From Lophium mytilinum (lineage: Eukaryota), in the NCBI GenBank assembly GCA_010093605.1, contig MU004194.1, positions 720,323 through 784,322 of the forward strand: a DNA stretch of 64,000 nucleotides, given 5' to 3'. The position numbers were made by a program, and so were the translations under genes. This document shows positions 60,133 to 64,000 of this stretch, piece by piece. Every line of letters begins with the position of its first letter. Within the stretch, counting starts at the first letter, position 1. A model generated the notes under the pieces. That model worked only from the letters and a program-made list of their open reading frames with translations, made no database searches and was not told the DNA's origin.

Positions 60133-61213
60133 GTTGGGTTTTGTGGTCTTGTTTCCAGGGAGTTTTGAAGGATACAGTACCTGGCATTGGGATGACTACG
60201 AGAACAGGTCAATCGGATGATATCACGGAGGGCATTGAAGGAGCTGGCGTTCTGTGTTTGTTGCTTCGGAGGTACAAAGAGTGTTTGTGAGGCTAGGTAG
60301 GCTACGGGTATACCGTATCTGCATGCGGAGGCCTACTTTTCTTGATCAAATATAGTGGTTATTGAAGGAAAAAGGACGAAGAAAAACATTCACCTTAAGA
60401 GTTTGCGAATCAAACTCAAGAAGGGCCAAAAATATGCACATCCCCGCACAGCCAAGCTACATGAAATACGACGGATTTTTGTCTTTTTGCAGTCTGGCTA
60501 GAAATCCGCACTTTTTCCTCCTGTCTTCCCCCCTCCGCCACTGGCGCCCTGCCGCTGACCAAATCGGCCAACGTTAAGCTTGCCTCAGCTCGGATTGGAT
60601 AGCGGCTCAAAAATTACAATACATAAGGTATGAAAAAGAAAGGGCGGTCAAGAGGAGAGGGACGTACGTACAACGGGGACCTCGAGCACGGAGCAGAGAG
60701 CGTGACGAGAGACGCGGAGAGCAAGGGATCTGTAACTAGAAAGCCTTTTGAGTATGCGCTGGTGATGTGTACAGCTAACGTACGTACATGTGATGAGAAT
60801 GCAGCATCCGTTTCCGTCTAGAAGGACACATGTATGTTCACCCGCATATCTAACTATACCGCTAGCCTTCACTATTCCATTGCCATAGTGAGGTTTATAT
60901 CAGACAGCTGAACAGGGCATTTGAAATGGTCGTTGGAATTGGCGGAAGCGTGATTGGCCCCTCGGCTTATCGCGCTGGACGAGCAATGAGAACGATTAAG
61001 GTACTTTTCAATGCCCTTCTCTTTCCTTTTGCGCAGCCCCATGCTACGGCCGTCTACATGCCCTTCCCGTCGTGACGCCTACCACACATTCCATCGCCTT
61101 GGTCAGCATGTTGGATGCGCGCAACACTCAGACGCCTAGAGTTGAATGCTGCCCCCACGACGAGTTTGATCTCGAACTTCCCCGCCATCCTCGATAACCA
61201 CGACCCCACCACC

Positions 61214-64000
61214 ATGGACTCCGGCGCGAAGCTCGAGGCCGCTGACTCGCAGCCCAGCGCGGACGGCGCGCACAAGGCGCGGAGGAAGGGCAAGAAGGAT
61301 CTCCTAGACGAGGGCTCGAAAAAGCGGCGATGCATATCCAGTGCATGTGTGCCGTGCAGGAAGCGCAAGTCAAAGGTAGGTTGCGACAGCGTCTCGTCCC
61401 CGCCGCGGAGATACACCCACCGACTGAAGCATCGCTATCTAGTGTGACGGCTCAACTCCATCCTGCTCTGCATGCGCCGCTGTATATAACACGGAGTGCA
61501 TATACGACCCGAATTCGGACCACCGGCGGAAAGGCGTCTACAAGAAGGACATAGACAATCTCAAGACCCGGAACTCGACCCTCCAAACCCTCGTCCAAGC
61601 AATCCTAAACTACCCCGAAGATGAAGTTGCTGCGTTGGTGCAGCAGATTCGGACGTGCGAGAGTCTGGATTCAGTTGCCGAAGCCATAATCGCGAAGGAG
61701 AATGGAATGGATGAGGACGAGGACGAAGCCGTGTCGCCGTACAGCGATGCGTCAGCATTTGCGCAAACGTTTGAGTCGAAGTTATCCGGCAAGATGGGCG
61801 AGCTGCGGTTGGAGGACGGCTCAACACGCTACATTGGGGGGACCTCGAACTTAATATACCTGGGAGCCGGATCGGACTACGACGAGGGTTCTGAGTCGAA
61901 CGTGGAGCAATATATGCAACAGGAGAACCCATTAACGTCGTGGACGACCGTCACATCGGACCCGGACTTGATTGTACACCTTATGAACATGTATTTTTGC
62001 TGGCATTATACCTTCTTTACTACGTTATCAAAGAGCCTCTTTTACCGCGACTTCTTGCTTGGGAAACCTCCTCCAAACTCGCGCCGGAAAACTGAATACT
62101 GCACTCCTCTCCTTGTAAATGCGATGTTAGCTCTGGGATGCCACTTTACGTCCTGGCCCGGATCGCGAGCTACTCGGGATGATTCTGCTACTGCGGGTGA
62201 CCACTTCTTCAAAGAAGCTAAGAGGTTGATCTTGGTAGACGATCTTCATGAGGTACCGAAGCTGACTACGGGTCCGTGTCTGAGAACGCAGCCGCTATCG
62301 TAGATGTGCTAATCCTCTTCTAGTACAAGCACTTGCTCTCATGTCTGTCCGTGAAGCTGGCTGTGGCCGAGAAGCCAAGGGCTGGGTATACAGTGGAATG
62401 AGCTTCAGAATGGCCTGTGACCTTGGACTCAACCTCGATTCCGGCGGAATGTATCATGACAAGAACGCAGCTTTAGATGAAACGGAGGAGGATGCACGCC
62501 GTATTACATTTTGGGGATGTTTCTTGTTCGACAAGTTCGTATTTCTGCCACGCATTCGGAAGCATTGGCTAATAACCTTGAATCTAGATGCTGGTCAAAC
62601 TATCTCGGACGACTGCCACAGCTACCAACCTCGATAATAACAGTACCTAAATTCGAGGTCTTCCCGATGGAGGAAGCTGATCTCTGGTCTGCATATACCG
62701 ATTCAGGCTTCAGCCAAGCACACACGCAGCCATCAAGAACTCGCGCTGTAAGCTCAAGCACCTCACCCCTTTTGTTATACACAAGGCTAAATGACGCAAA
62801 GGTCGCTCGCCAGATATCTGCCCTCTGTGAGATTAGTAATGACCTAATTAACTTTTTCTACAATCCCATCGACATGGATAAAGCGAAAGGTAAGCAATCG
62901 GAGCTCAAGAAGCTGAGCGAGATCCACCAAAGACTAGAGACATGGCGGAGAGAGCTTCCTAATGAGCTCGAACCCAAGGAAGGGGGGTTGCCAAGTATGT
63001 TGGTGATGCACATGTTCTTTCAATTGCTGTACATTCATCTGTTTCGGCCGTTCCTCAAGTACAATCAAGCGACTTCACCGCGTAAGATCTCTCCAAACCC
63101 ATCTTCTGTCAGCCCATTCTGAACATCCAGCAGTACCGGCTCACGTCTCTCCGCGGAAACTATGCACCCAGGCAGCAGCCATGATTTCCAAACTACTCAG
63201 ACTTTACAAACGATCCCACGTAAGCTTCCTCCGAGCCCCCATTCCTCTGGCCCTAGTCTAACCATCTCAGGGCTTGAGGCAAATCTGCAACGTCGCAGTC
63301 TACATCGCCCACAGCGCCTGCACAATCCACCTCCTAAACCTCCCCGAAAAGAACGCCAAACGCGACATCATCCACGGGGTCAAGCACCTCGAAGAGATCG
63401 CCGAAGGCTGGCTCTGCGCCCGCCGAACCCTCGGCATCCTCAGCGTCCTCGCGCGCAAATGGAAAGTCGACCTCCCCGAAGAAGCCGCCGCCGTCCTCTC
63501 CCGAACCGACGCCAAGTTTGGTCCCTACGGCGACGTCACCCCCAAGGTCCCAGCCCGCAAGCTCGAGCCCGTGTCGCCGCCGCTGCCCCAGTACACCATG
63601 CCCGCCATCCAAAACCCCACCCCTTTCTTCCCCGCCGACCCCACGATCGCCACCTCGATCTCCTCAGAGGCGCCCCGCAGCACATCCATACCGCACCCCC
63701 TCCCCCCAAGCTCGGCAGCCGACCTCCAGCAGTTCTCGCGCTATCCCACAGGCACACCGGCTTCGCAGCCAGCAAACACAGGGCGCCAGTCGCTCGACAG
63801 CACGAACTCATCCGGCGCGTCGCCGAGCCAGCTCTTCGGCGGCGTTGATGCCCTTGTCAGCGATGGCCAGGACTGGTGGCTGCGCGACCAGTCGCAGCTT
63901 GCGCTGGGGTTTGATAACTGGAACCTCAGTGAGGCGGATATCGCGTGGTTGAACACGACAACGGCGGCGGTGAGCCCGAGCAATGGGTATACGGCGCCTG
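61214..64000 (+). CDS. nirA: Zn(II)2Cys6 transcription factor, NirA/NIT4-type nitrate assimilation regulator (multi-exon, truncated by the window end)
   Basis: KRRCISSACVPCRKRKSK|CDGSTPSCSACAAVYNTECIYDPNSDHRRKGVYKKD, QIRTCESLD, LSGKMGELRL, fungal TF middle homology region (REAGCGREAKGWVYSGMSFRMACDLGL, RRITFWGCFLFDK). A close paralogue cannot be excluded without a tree. Confidence 0.85.

Noticed and set aside
1..64000. Many antisense or overlapping ORFs in the six-frame track, and stop-codon readthrough to peroxisomal signals
   Set aside because: The ORFs are shadows of GC-rich real genes. No TGA-CTA context or downstream SKL-type tripeptide at the gene ends I checked.

Overview
Gene-dense stretch of a filamentous ascomycete chromosome (Pezizomycotina, probably Dothideomycetes), judged from short GT-AG introns with CTRAC/CTAAT branch points and from the gene families. 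Conserved genes: PSD1, a HERP/Usa1-like UBL membrane protein, a DUF4045/gelsolin-repeat protein, ARL2, a GNAT acetyltransferase, UBA1, a PTH11-like receptor, an MFS transporter, a PhoD-like phosphatase, a Ulp1 SUMO protease, the PP2A catalytic subunit, MCM6 and a NirA/NIT4-type Zn2Cys6 factor that runs off the right end. An accessory-looking block (about 5.8-19 kb) holds a frameshifted TetX-like monooxygenase, a HeLo-like/ubiquitin-like/Zn-ribbon protein, a GPI-anchored NucA/NucB nuclease proprotein, orphans and a RIP-degraded 150-bp repeat gene. There are further RIP-type pseudogenes and two adjacent 160-180 bp tandem arrays. Best leads: a CUG-initiated NLS-bearing N-terminal extension of UBA1, the Kex2-releasable cell-surface nuclease, a membrane-anchored UIM+AIM orphan, and a satellite whose units each carry intron-like signals. 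I saw no tRNA, rRNA, CRISPR or intact transposon. All exon boundaries were read by eye and no database search was run.
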